IMG/VR virus record: IMGVR_UViG_3300031673_000065 | Span: 1 to 52,740 of that record | DNA: 52,740 bases | Reading direction: 5' to 3' (one strand) | Origin: a virus | Taxonomy: Duplodnaviria; Caudoviricetes | Shown: piece by piece, positions 10,579 through 17,614 of the stretch | How the letters are laid out: every line of letters begins with the position of its first letter | Numbering within the stretch: the first letter of the stretch is position 1 | Program-made: the position numbers and the translations under genes | The notes under the pieces: generated by a model | The model's database searches: none | What the model was told of the DNA's origin: nothing | What the model saw: only the letters and a program-made list of their open reading frames with translations

Positions 10579-11117
10579 AACACCTCCAATAACCCGGATG
10601 CTGCACAGCAGGTGAATAGAGCTTGCGCGTCGTCCAGTGCCCTGTGCGTTTGCTGCAGCTTGTTGCCTGTGAAATACTGGTATGCGTCCAGCAGCCGGGG
10701 CCGATAACCCATCAACACATGGAATTCCTGCGCCGTGCAAACAATGCGCTTGGGCCACGGGAAATCCTCACACTGCAGCCTTGCCAATTCCAGCTGCAAC
10801 ATGGTCTTGTCGAACTGAGCGTTGTGGGCGATCAACACATCTGCGCTGCGGAACAATTCGGTCAGCTCCGGCAGGAACTGCGCAAAGGTGCGCTTGCCTG
10901 CCAAGTCCGCGTCCACGATGCCGGTGATTTTGGTGATTACTTCTGGCAACTTGGTTTGCGGGTCAAACAGCTCGCTAACCTCAAGCACACACTGCCCGCG
11001 CTCCACCACCACAGCGCCGAATTCGATCACTTGCGGTTGCCGGCTGAGTGGCACGGCGTCTGGCTGCGGCAGACCGGTTGTTTCCGTGTCAAAAATTATT
11101 ATCCTTGGCTCATCCAT
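10575..11117 (-). CDS. DEDDh 3'-5' exonuclease (DnaQ/epsilon-like)
   Basis: ExoI FDTETTG, ExoII AHNAQFD, ExoIII HRALDD; coupled to dnaE. Confidence 0.92.
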   Translation of the reverse strand: MDEPRIIIFDTETTGLPQPDAVPLSRQPQVIEFGAVVVERGQCVLEVSELFDPQTKLPEVITKITGIVDADLAGKRTFAQFLPELTELFRSADVLIAHNAQFDKTMLQLELARLQCEDFPWPKRIVCTAQEFHVLMGYRPRLLDAYQYFTGNKLQQTHRALDDAQALFTCCAASGLLEVL

Positions 11118-11871
11118 TTAACAATTCCTCCATCATCGCAGCATACACCATCAAGTCGTGTACGGAGTCCGAGTGCTGCATATCCGCATTGGCGAACCGG
11201 GTGAGCTTGGAAACAATTTGTACAAATACTCCGAGCCGGTTCCAGTCCTCAGCAGTGCGCACTTTCAACCCCATCGGGAACATGCTCTCCATGGTATACC
11301 CAAAGCGCTTGTAATTGTCGCCGTAAGCTGCATTGCGGGCCGCATAGGTTGCTGCGCCTTTTTGCAGTATCTCAGCCGCGCTAGGATGGTCCAGGAGCCC
11401 ATCATTTTCTCCGGCCACAGCCTCGGCAGGGTTATCGGAGCAAGTGGTGACGTGAGTCACAGGGTAGCCTTCCTGCCGCAGCACGGAACAAACGTCCTCC
11501 CGATCTTCATAAATCTGAACGATGTCGTATTCCTCAGCGATCGACTGCACCATCATCAGCTTAACTTCTGGGGACGGTCTGGCGTCCTGCAATGCGCGCA
11601 TTACCAGCATGTGCGGCGTGTTAGAGAATGCCCACCGCACCCAACGAGATGTTGCCTCGTAGTAATTGATTGGACGGCTGGTGGCGAACAGGATATTGTT
11701 GCCAGCCAAGACGTGTTTTTCAAGCAGGTGCCGGTTGATCGGCTCGTCTGCCGCAGCAGCGCAATGATAACGCTCGTAGCGTTTAACCCTGTCCGTTGTG
11801 TTATAGTCAATCAGGTTCCTGCGCCAACGGTCATCCGCAACAGTTCCATCAATGTCAAAGATTGCGATCAT
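11110..11871 (-). CDS. HAD-family phosphatase fused to an all-helical nucleotide-modification-associated (Nmad1/DUF6378-like) domain
   Basis: N-terminal FDIDGT, TSR, K and YEDR HAD motifs; C-terminal RNAAYGD...KLTRF...DSVHDLMVYA pattern. Confidence 0.72.
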   Translation of the reverse strand: MIAIFDIDGTVADDRWRRNLIDYNTTDRVKRYERYHCAAAADEPINRHLLEKHVLAGNNILFATSRPINYYEATSRWVRWAFSNTPHMLVMRALQDARPSPEVKLMMVQSIAEEYDIVQIYEDREDVCSVLRQEGYPVTHVTTCSDNPAEAVAGENDGLLDHPSAAEILQKGAATYAARNAAYGDNYKRFGYTMESMFPMGLKVRTAEDWNRLGVFVQIVSKLTRFANADMQHSDSVHDLMVYAAMMEELLNG

Positions 11872-12626
11872 GATGCCATCCCCTTTTTTGCGATTGGGTT
11901 GGCGGATTTGATGCTTGTGTTCCAGAACATTGCCTTGGTGTCACGCTTCACGGCATCGTTGTCCATCCGTAAATCCCAGAACGGGCAATCCGCACGACCA
12001 TAGCGCGGGAACGCACAGGTGCCGGTGCTGACGCAGTGCACTTGGATGAACGGTTCTGTCCACGGATGAACGGCTAGCACCGCTTCGCGCATTGCGCGGA
12101 ACACTTGCTGATATTCGCCTTGAGTGCGGGTGCAGAGCCTGACCTTTGCCATTTCGTGCAGGCAGCGCAGGTCGAACTTCGCTACGATGCTGGTGAGAGT
12201 TGCGGTCGGCAAGACACCGCGTGCGTCCTGTATCTCAGCGCCTTCCTCAATCAACCAGTTGTAAGATTGGAAAGCCGCGTGGCAAATCTCGTCATATTCT
12301 TCTCCGAGGTGCGGTCTGTTACTCAAGGACTCCGGGATCAAATATCCGTTTTTAGCTACGACCGTTCGTTGAGACTCCTGAGCGTAGGAACCGGTGCGGG
12401 TGCGCACCAACTGATGGGTGAATGCGCGGGTCACGCCGCTGATGCGGAAAACATAGTCAACGAATTCCCAGGACGACTTGATCGTGCCCAACATGTAAGC
12501 CAGGTGCTCGGCCTTTTGCTCATCCGTCCAACCTTCTGGGTCCTCATCAAAGGCCAGCCGGGTGTTCTTGGTGCGCAGCAAAAGGTTGAGTGCGTCGGGC
12601 GTGCAGGACAATAATTCGACTTTCAT
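11868..12626 (-). CDS. thyX: Flavin-dependent thymidylate synthase-like protein with variant motif
   Basis: RAFTHQLVRTRTGSYAQESQR (canonical RHRx7S, here RTR), DARGVLP, RLC..TQ.E; ATG 12626 with GGAG RBS. Confidence 0.85.
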   Translation of the reverse strand: MKVELLSCTPDALNLLLRTKNTRLAFDEDPEGWTDEQKAEHLAYMLGTIKSSWEFVDYVFRISGVTRAFTHQLVRTRTGSYAQESQRTVVAKNGYLIPESLSNRPHLGEEYDEICHAAFQSYNWLIEEGAEIQDARGVLPTATLTSIVAKFDLRCLHEMAKVRLCTRTQGEYQQVFRAMREAVLAVHPWTEPFIQVHCVSTGTCAFPRYGRADCPFWDLRMDNDAVKRDTKAMFWNTSIKSANPIAKKGMAS

Positions 12627-12654
12627 TTCGTTCTCCAGTGTTTTGGTTTGTAAA

Positions 12655-12692
12655 AACGAGAAAAGCCCTGCCACCGAAGCAGCAGGGCTTTC
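12655..12692 (-). terminator. Rho-independent terminator ending the early small-gene operon
   Basis: Minus strand AAAGCCCTGCTGC-TTCG-GTGGCAGGGC followed by TTTTCTCGTTTTT, just after the stop at 12701. Confidence 0.8.
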
Positions 12693-12700
12693 TCAAATTA

Positions 12701-13306
12701 TCAGCTTTCTTGCTGATGTGCTGTGAAGTTGTATTTTTTGCCGTCATGCTCGAAGACTTTCTTGCCTTCGGCTTTCAACGCCATCCGGAACCCAATGTGC
12801 TTGCCGAGTGGCAACCCAAGTTCCTCGAACGCTTTGGCAACGGAGTTGTAGGTCGTTTTGTTGACCGTCACAGCATGCCGGGTAGTGCGTGCTTTGAACA
12901 CGTTTGCGTCGGTCCAGGACTTGGCAATGGCTACGCTGGAATTGCGCGGCTCTGTTGGAGCTTTGGGCGCTTTGGGCGCTTTGGGCGCTTTGGGCGCTTT
13001 GGGCGCTTTGGGCGCTTTGGGCGCTTTGGCTGGCTTGTCGGTGGACTCGAACATCGGCACATCAGCCGCTGCCAACGCTTTCTCCACCCGCTCCACGGCG
13101 TAGGGTTTGCTGGGGAACTTCTTCACGTCCGAGCTGGAAGTGGCGTTGTAGATTTTGGCAAGTTCTGCCAGCGTCAAATTTTCCAGCTTGTCACAGAAAC
13201 CGTTGGGAATGCTTTCGCACGCCGCGTCGATCTCGCTGTTGGTTGCATTTGCTTTCATGCGGAAAGCGACTTTGTGTGTCTTGCTGTTGTATGTGATCAA
13301 TGTCAT
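12701..13306 (-). CDS. Basic putative DNA-binding protein with (KAP)8 repeat
   Basis: ATG 13306 with AGGAG RBS; K/A-rich; histone H1-like KAP repeat; C-terminal YNSVAKAFEELGL HTH-like segment. Confidence 0.7.
   Translation of the reverse strand: MTLITYNSKTHKVAFRMKANATNSEIDAACESIPNGFCDKLENLTLAELAKIYNATSSSDVKKFPSKPYAVERVEKALAAADVPMFESTDKPAKAPKAPKAPKAPKAPKAPKAPKAPTEPRNSSVAIAKSWTDANVFKARTTRHAVTVNKTTYNSVAKAFEELGLPLGKHIGFRMALKAEGKKVFEHDGKKYNFTAHQQES
12960..13030. repeat. Perfect 9-bp tandem repeat (gctttgggc)x7 plus a partial copy
   Basis: Read directly; encodes KAP repeats on the minus strand. Confidence 0.95.
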
Positions 13307-13328
13307 TTCATTTCTCCTGCGATTTAAG

Positions 13329-13721
13329 TTAACATCCCATCCGGATTTCTGCCATACGCTCTGCGTCATAATAAGCGTCGTCTTCAAGTTGCTGCCTGTA
13401 CGCTGCAGATTGCTCGTTGGTCATGCGGTCCCAATCGGCCACCTTGACGACACGCTTGCCGCCGCAGTGTTCGCAAACCACATCATACACTCCGCCAAAA
13501 TAGCTCTCTTCAAACTCAGGGTCATCCGCAAACTGTTCAGCGGTTATGCCGCTTGCGTCGATGGAGGGATTTACGTACTTGCCCTCACCGTCACAAACGT
13601 CACAAACTTCCCAACACGTTGGGAGTTCTTGCTCGGTGCCGTCCTCGCACTGCAGCGTCGGCTTCTTGGCTTTGCCCTTGGTGCGCGGGTCGCTGTAATA
13701 ATTGAGGTCATCAAGTGTCAT
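13329..13721 (-). CDS. Early protein with DnaJ-type zinc-finger motifs
   Basis: CDVCDGEG and CEHCGGKR; preceded by the conserved leader. Confidence 0.75.
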   Translation of the reverse strand: MTLDDLNYYSDPRTKGKAKKPTLQCEDGTEQELPTCWEVCDVCDGEGKYVNPSIDASGITAEQFADDPEFEESYFGGVYDVVCEHCGGKRVVKVADWDRMTNEQSAAYRQQLEDDAYYDAERMAEIRMGC

Positions 13722-13740
13722 TTCGTGCTCCTGTTAAGGT
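13719..13740 (-). promoter_or_regulatory. Conserved 22-bp start-associated leader ACCTTAACAGGAG(N3)GAAATG (also at 14654, 15257, 15605)
   Basis: Four near-identical copies, each containing the RBS and ending at an early gene's ATG. Confidence 0.85.
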
Positions 13741-13925
13741 TGTGGGTGGCGCTGGGAAAATGTTTCCATCCAATAAGCAAGGATGGTCCTGGCTGCCCAT
13801 GATGGTAGTGAAAATTCGTTGGCGACATAAGGAGCTGCACCGAACATATTGGTCTCTCCTGATTCGCGCAATTCGTCCAAATAAACAAGGTGTTCTTCAG
13901 TAACGATCTCTGGTTTCAGTTGCAT
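13734..13925 (-). CDS. Small early protein (RESGxxNMFGA family), paralogue of cargo module 4 of the head protease
   Basis: 63 aa with AAGGAG RBS; aligns by eye with the protein encoded at ~28850-29020. Confidence 0.8.
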   Translation of the reverse strand: MQLKPEIVTEEHLVYLDELRESGETNMFGAAPYVANEFSLPSWAARTILAYWMETFSQRHPQP

Positions 13926-14128
13926 TTCATTTCTCCTTCAGGTGTTGCAGTGAACGTGAGAAAACCAACATGGCTGATGTCCATTTGCACATGGAACAGG
14001 TCGTGTTGGATAGCGACCTCCGTAAAATCTTCAATGGCACGAACGAACAGTTCGGGATTTTTTACCATCCAGCCGGTGCTGATTTCAGTCGCATATTTCG
14101 TCGTGCACCCGATGCCGTTTCGTTTCAT
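13916..14128 (-). CDS. Hypothetical early protein
   Basis: 70 aa, GGAGG RBS, in tightly packed operon. Confidence 0.65.
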   Translation of the reverse strand: MKRNGIGCTTKYATEISTGWMVKNPELFVRAIEDFTEVAIQHDLFHVQMDISHVGFLTFTATPEGEMKCN

Positions 14129-14129
14129 T

Positions 14130-14348
14130 TCATTCCTCCACGTCGGCGCATTGCCGGCAATAAGCGTATGGGTTGTCTTCCGAGATTTGGTAGCTGTTGT
14201 AGGGAGCTACCGTTGCCCCACAATCAGGACAACCGTTCAAAATGGCAACACCGACTCTGGCCAACTCGCCACCCGTCATGCTGCCGTCTGCGCTTTCCTT
14301 GGCGCCGCGTTCCAGCGCGATTGTGTACCATGATTTTGGATAGTTCAT
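14130..14348 (-). CDS. Small zinc-ribbon protein
   Basis: CPDC and CRQC pairs; ATG at 14348 overlaps the upstream stop. Confidence 0.65.
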   Translation of the reverse strand: MNYPKSWYTIALERGAKESADGSMTGGELARVGVAILNGCPDCGATVAPYNSYQISEDNPYAYCRQCADVEE

Positions 14349-14656
14349 TGTTGCATCCCCATGGCAGTTGGGCCTGAGCGTAAATCCAAAGCCCGGTAAA
14401 AACAAGCCTCCCGTTCATAGTCAGCTTCAATCACAGCAAACTCCACAGCACCAACAGGCACGCTGAAGCGCTCTGCCACGTACTCGGCAACTTCACTCTC
14501 CACCCTCTGCCAGTTGTCACCCCATGCGGGGCCGGACCATTCGCCTGCGTCGTATTGGCTGTCGCAAGCTTCTGCTTCTTCCCAGCCTTCCGTGCGCTGG
14601 GCCAAAATGCGGTTGTAAGCCCGCACGATGTATTTGGATCGTTGCAATGTGTTCAT
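14345..14656 (-). CDS. Hypothetical acidic early protein
   Basis: 103 aa; preceded by the conserved leader. Confidence 0.72.
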   Translation of the reverse strand: MNTLQRSKYIVRAYNRILAQRTEGWEEAEACDSQYDAGEWSGPAWGDNWQRVESEVAEYVAERFSVPVGAVEFAVIEADYEREACFYRALDLRSGPTAMGMQQ

Positions 14657-14679
14657 TTCATTCTCCTGTTAAGGTTGGT

Positions 14680-14901
14680 TTAACACGCTTCGCATTCAAT
14701 CAATGTGGTTCCATTGCGCTGGGCGTAGGACGCAAGTTCTTTAACAGCTTCCGTCCAGTTCTTGGCGCCATCGGCCCAAATGCCGTCAAAGGCTTCGTCG
14801 GCAAACACTGCAGTGCAGTTGCTGTCTTCAAGCCATTCGCCGTAACAGTGGACCTTTGGGTGGCCATTGCCAGGTTTGATGATAGTTACTTTTGGCCTCA
14901 T
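14680..14901 (-). CDS. Hypothetical early protein
   Basis: ATG 14901 with GAGGAG RBS and partial leader. Confidence 0.62.
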   Translation of the reverse strand: MRPKVTIIKPGNGHPKVHCYGEWLEDSNCTAVFADEAFDGIWADGAKNWTEAVKELASYAQRNGTTLIECEAC

Positions 14902-14911
14902 TTCATGCTCC

Positions 14912-15259
14912 TCAATAGTTGACTTCATAAAGCCGCGTGCCGCTATTCACACGAGACCGCAAGTAACCTTTCCTGACCATCCTGCTCATAACTTTCTGTG
15001 TCAGCCCGATGTCCCACGAGATGCCTTGGTTGAGTGCTTCGGCGAGTTTGTGCCAGTTGGCAACGGTGTTGGACAGCGAGTGAGCTGCGATGAAAGCACG
15101 GGCGAGTGACATTTGAACCATCGCTTCGTTCCATGACTTGGTTTGAACGTTGGCAAGCTCCCAGGCTTCGCTCATGATTTCGCGGGTCTTGAGTTCGAAC
15201 TCATGAACCTCCAGCAGGGAGTTGAATTCTTCCGGGTTGGTTTGGTATGTTGTTTTCAT
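14912..15259 (-). CDS. Hypothetical early protein, possible winged-helix C-terminus
   Basis: 115 aa; conserved leader; ends SRMVRKGYLRSRVNSGTRLYEV. Confidence 0.7.
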   Translation of the reverse strand: MKTTYQTNPEEFNSLLEVHEFELKTREIMSEAWELANVQTKSWNEAMVQMSLARAFIAAHSLSNTVANWHKLAEALNQGISWDIGLTQKVMSRMVRKGYLRSRVNSGTRLYEVNY

Positions 15260-15298
15260 TTCGTACTCCTGTTAAGGTGTGTAATAATAAAAGGTCAA

Positions 15299-15607
15299 TC
15301 AGCCGTAATAGTACCTAGCGATCAGTTTGGCTGCCTCCCGGAATTCGGGACAGTAATTGCCTTTGTGCTCGTGGCACTCGCCGTCGCAGATGCGGTCAGC
15401 CATGCAATCTGTCAGCGTGTCGCGCATTACGGTGTCGTCCGGTTCGCGGTCATACTCTTGCGTCACGAATTCGTCTCCAGAAGCTTCTGCTTCCATCCAA
15501 GCCGCTGTGACATCAACGACGCCAACAGAGTCTATCAGGTCCGGCAGAAGCTGTTCTGCCAACTGCCTGTACTCATCAACCAACAATTCAACTAATAAGT
15601 TGTCCAT
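15299..15607 (-). CDS. Hypothetical acidic early protein (first gene of early operon)
   Basis: 102 aa, very D/E-rich; conserved leader. Confidence 0.7.
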   Translation of the reverse strand: MDNLLVELLVDEYRQLAEQLLPDLIDSVGVVDVTAAWMEAEASGDEFVTQEYDREPDDTVMRDTLTDCMADRICDGECHEHKGNYCPEFREAAKLIARYYYG

Positions 15608-15639
15608 TTCATTCTCCTGTTAAGGTGTGTGTAATAAAA

Positions 15640-16180
15640 AGGTGTAAAATGCGGATTCTCGATCACGCCCGATCCGGCCGGGTGCTCACCATTGGGTGGT
15701 GTCATTTTGTGCGGTGGTATTTGATTCTAGCCATGCCCTTTAAAAAAGGTCACATCAAACATGGCACCGCGTTTGCGTGTATGCCGCCCGGATGGCTAAT
15801 CCGGAGGAGCGCTTTGCCGTGCTGCTCCCGCGTGCGGGCCGATCTTTCACCGAATGCTGAGCTGCTACTGAAATCCGAATGGATAGCACTGATCAAAACT
15901 ATATTGCGGTTGTGCCTTTCGCGGGGCCGCCTTTGTTGCGCGGCGCTGCTCGGCGCTCGTCAGAGATCGACTGCGACACCCCCAACGCCCGCCCGGTTGG
16001 CTTGGGCCCGCCTCGCGTTAGGTTTTTTTGTTGCCGTCGCCTCCCGGCGATGGGTCTTGGTACCTAACTCGGCGGTCCCCTGCCCCTGGTTGGGTGGAGA
16101 CTTTTGGCCTCGCGGCCTGGGCGCGCATGCCCAGCAGGCTTCTTGTATCCCGGTCCTCGTGGCCCGGCTCCCCTAAGGGA
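15640..16180 (-). ncRNA. Candidate structured leader or non-coding RNA
   Basis: ~540 nt between a sigma70-like promoter and the first early gene; multiple hairpins, two with GNRA loops on the minus strand; no convincing ORF. Confidence 0.4.
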
Positions 16181-16185
16181 CTTTA

Positions 16186-16214
16186 ATTATGCGCCATTTT
16201 CACAAAAAAGGCAA
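16186..16214 (-). promoter_or_regulatory. Sigma70-like early promoter
   Basis: TTGCCT-17 bp-CATAAT on the minus strand with AT-rich upstream element. Confidence 0.65.
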
Positions 16215-16252
16215 AACTTTTTGAATAATTATATATCAGCATAAACAATCAG

Positions 16253-17164
16253 TTACACAGCCCTTGCGCGGCCTCTGGCATAGCTATCCGCCAGCAGTAG
16301 CCGCTTTATTACGGCGCAGTCGTGCACTACGTCGTCCAAAAGTATGTTGCGCCAAGTGCCGAATCGGCCCAAGGAATAAACACCAAACTGGTCTGACAAA
16401 CGGTAAATGAAGCCACGGCGGAAGGCTTCGTCGATTGGGGCGATCTTGCCGTAACGCTGCGAAGAGATTTCGCACTGGTTCAAACGAACAGGTCCCAAGC
16501 CAAAAGCCAACTGCACGGACACAAGGTCTCCTTGTTGCAAATCGTCCACAGCTTCAATGATCAACGTGCTGCCAGTGATGCTTGCGCGGTAAACCAGCGT
16601 GTCGACGAATGGAAAGTAAACGGTCTGGTGCACGTCGCAGCCTGTTCCCAGGTCCAGCCGATAGACTTTGATTGGGTTGAAACTGAATGTTGGTGCGGCT
16701 TGCTCGCCAACCTGCTTCGCCACGATGCCCATCGGCACGGTGGAGATCACACTTGCTGCTGTTGGGAGCGCTTTGAAATTGAAGGGTGTGCCGTACTCAA
16801 CCCGGCTGCTAAGATTTTCTCGCAACTGCTGAATGAAGTTCATCGGCGCGATCCAGCGGTGACAAGCATCAACGTTCCATACGCTGCGCGGCAGGATCTT
16901 GCCGGTGCACTTCATGGAGTAAGAGTTTGCGGCGCAAATGTTCGGCTCAATAAAACGGTTGCCGTCCCAGATGCCCTTGCGCACTGTCACAGCGCGGAAC
17001 GGAATGCCCGTAGCCTCACTCACAACCTCCGAACGGAACCGCAACAATGCCCTGTGCTGTCCCAGCTCTGCTTCCGGTGTTGCTTCTAGCACGCGGGCCT
17101 GCGGGAAGATGTGCGCGGCTATCATGCCGGTCAGCCCGGCGCCAACTATGGTTATGTTGTTCAT
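16253..17164 (-). CDS. FAD/NAD(P)-binding oxidoreductase
   Basis: N-terminal Rossmann IVGAGLTG; VISTVP; C-terminal SLGRFGTWR..LDDV resembling the UDP-galactopyranose mutase/amine-oxidase superfamily. Confidence 0.78.
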   Translation of the reverse strand: MNNITIVGAGLTGMIAAHIFPQARVLEATPEAELGQHRALLRFRSEVVSEATGIPFRAVTVRKGIWDGNRFIEPNICAANSYSMKCTGKILPRSVWNVDACHRWIAPMNFIQQLRENLSSRVEYGTPFNFKALPTAASVISTVPMGIVAKQVGEQAAPTFSFNPIKVYRLDLGTGCDVHQTVYFPFVDTLVYRASITGSTLIIEAVDDLQQGDLVSVQLAFGLGPVRLNQCEISSQRYGKIAPIDEAFRRGFIYRLSDQFGVYSLGRFGTWRNILLDDVVHDCAVIKRLLLADSYARGRARAV

Positions 17165-17613
17165 GCCGTCCCCAGGGAGTGGTGTGGTTTGGAGTGTGAC
17201 ACATAGTCCGGCCTATACCACCACCCTCCAGTAACCTCCCAAACCAACAGACACTCTCCTTCAAACCTCTGCACTGAGTTGCGGTATGTAACGACATATT
17301 TTTGCAATTGAATTTCACCGCGCAAAAACTTGAGTGCTTTCTCAGTCAACACCCAACAACCACCTTTGCCTTCGTTGTCGTCTCCGGGTGGCTTTTCGAT
17401 CAAGCCCCAATACTTCAACTTGTGCATGTTTGACAATTGATTGTGTGTCAGCTTTATTAGCTGACACACCTCAAACTCTGCGCAGCCGTTTTCAACCGTC
17501 ACGCGCAAAATGCCAACCAGCACGCGCAGCAGGCTTTTTGAAATTGAATGTTTGTATTCAACCATCTTTGCTCCGCAGCATTCACAATATGCCAATTTGT
17601 TTCCTTCATTCAT
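17161..17613 (-). CDS. Hypothetical protein with CxxC and winged-helix-like region
   Basis: CECCG at N-terminus; KLKYWGLIE...GCWVLTEKA. Confidence 0.65.
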   Translation of the reverse strand: MNEGNKLAYCECCGAKMVEYKHSISKSLLRVLVGILRVTVENGCAEFEVCQLIKLTHNQLSNMHKLKYWGLIEKPPGDDNEGKGGCWVLTEKALKFLRGEIQLQKYVVTYRNSVQRFEGECLLVWEVTGGWWYRPDYVSHSKPHHSLGTA

Positions 17614-17614
17614 T

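Noticed and set aside
10579-10758. 60-aa N-terminal extension of DnaE in the ORF track
   Set aside because: Overlaps the exonuclease gene; ATG 10578 has a GGAGG RBS and matches where DnaE homology begins.
12590-13327. Plus-strand ORFs with (GRF)n, (ALG)n or (WAL)n repeats
   Set aside because: Antisense shadows of the 9-bp repeat in the minus-strand KAP gene, which has the RBS and operon context.
15625-16176. 183-aa plus-strand ORF
   Set aside because: Opposite to all neighbours, no RBS, and Arg/Ala/Pro/Cys-rich composition typical of GC-rich non-coding sequence.
15640-16180. tRNA or tmRNA in the long intergenic region
   Set aside because: No cloverleaf with a T-loop GTTCRA and acceptor stem found by eye; kept only as a generic structured RNA candidate.
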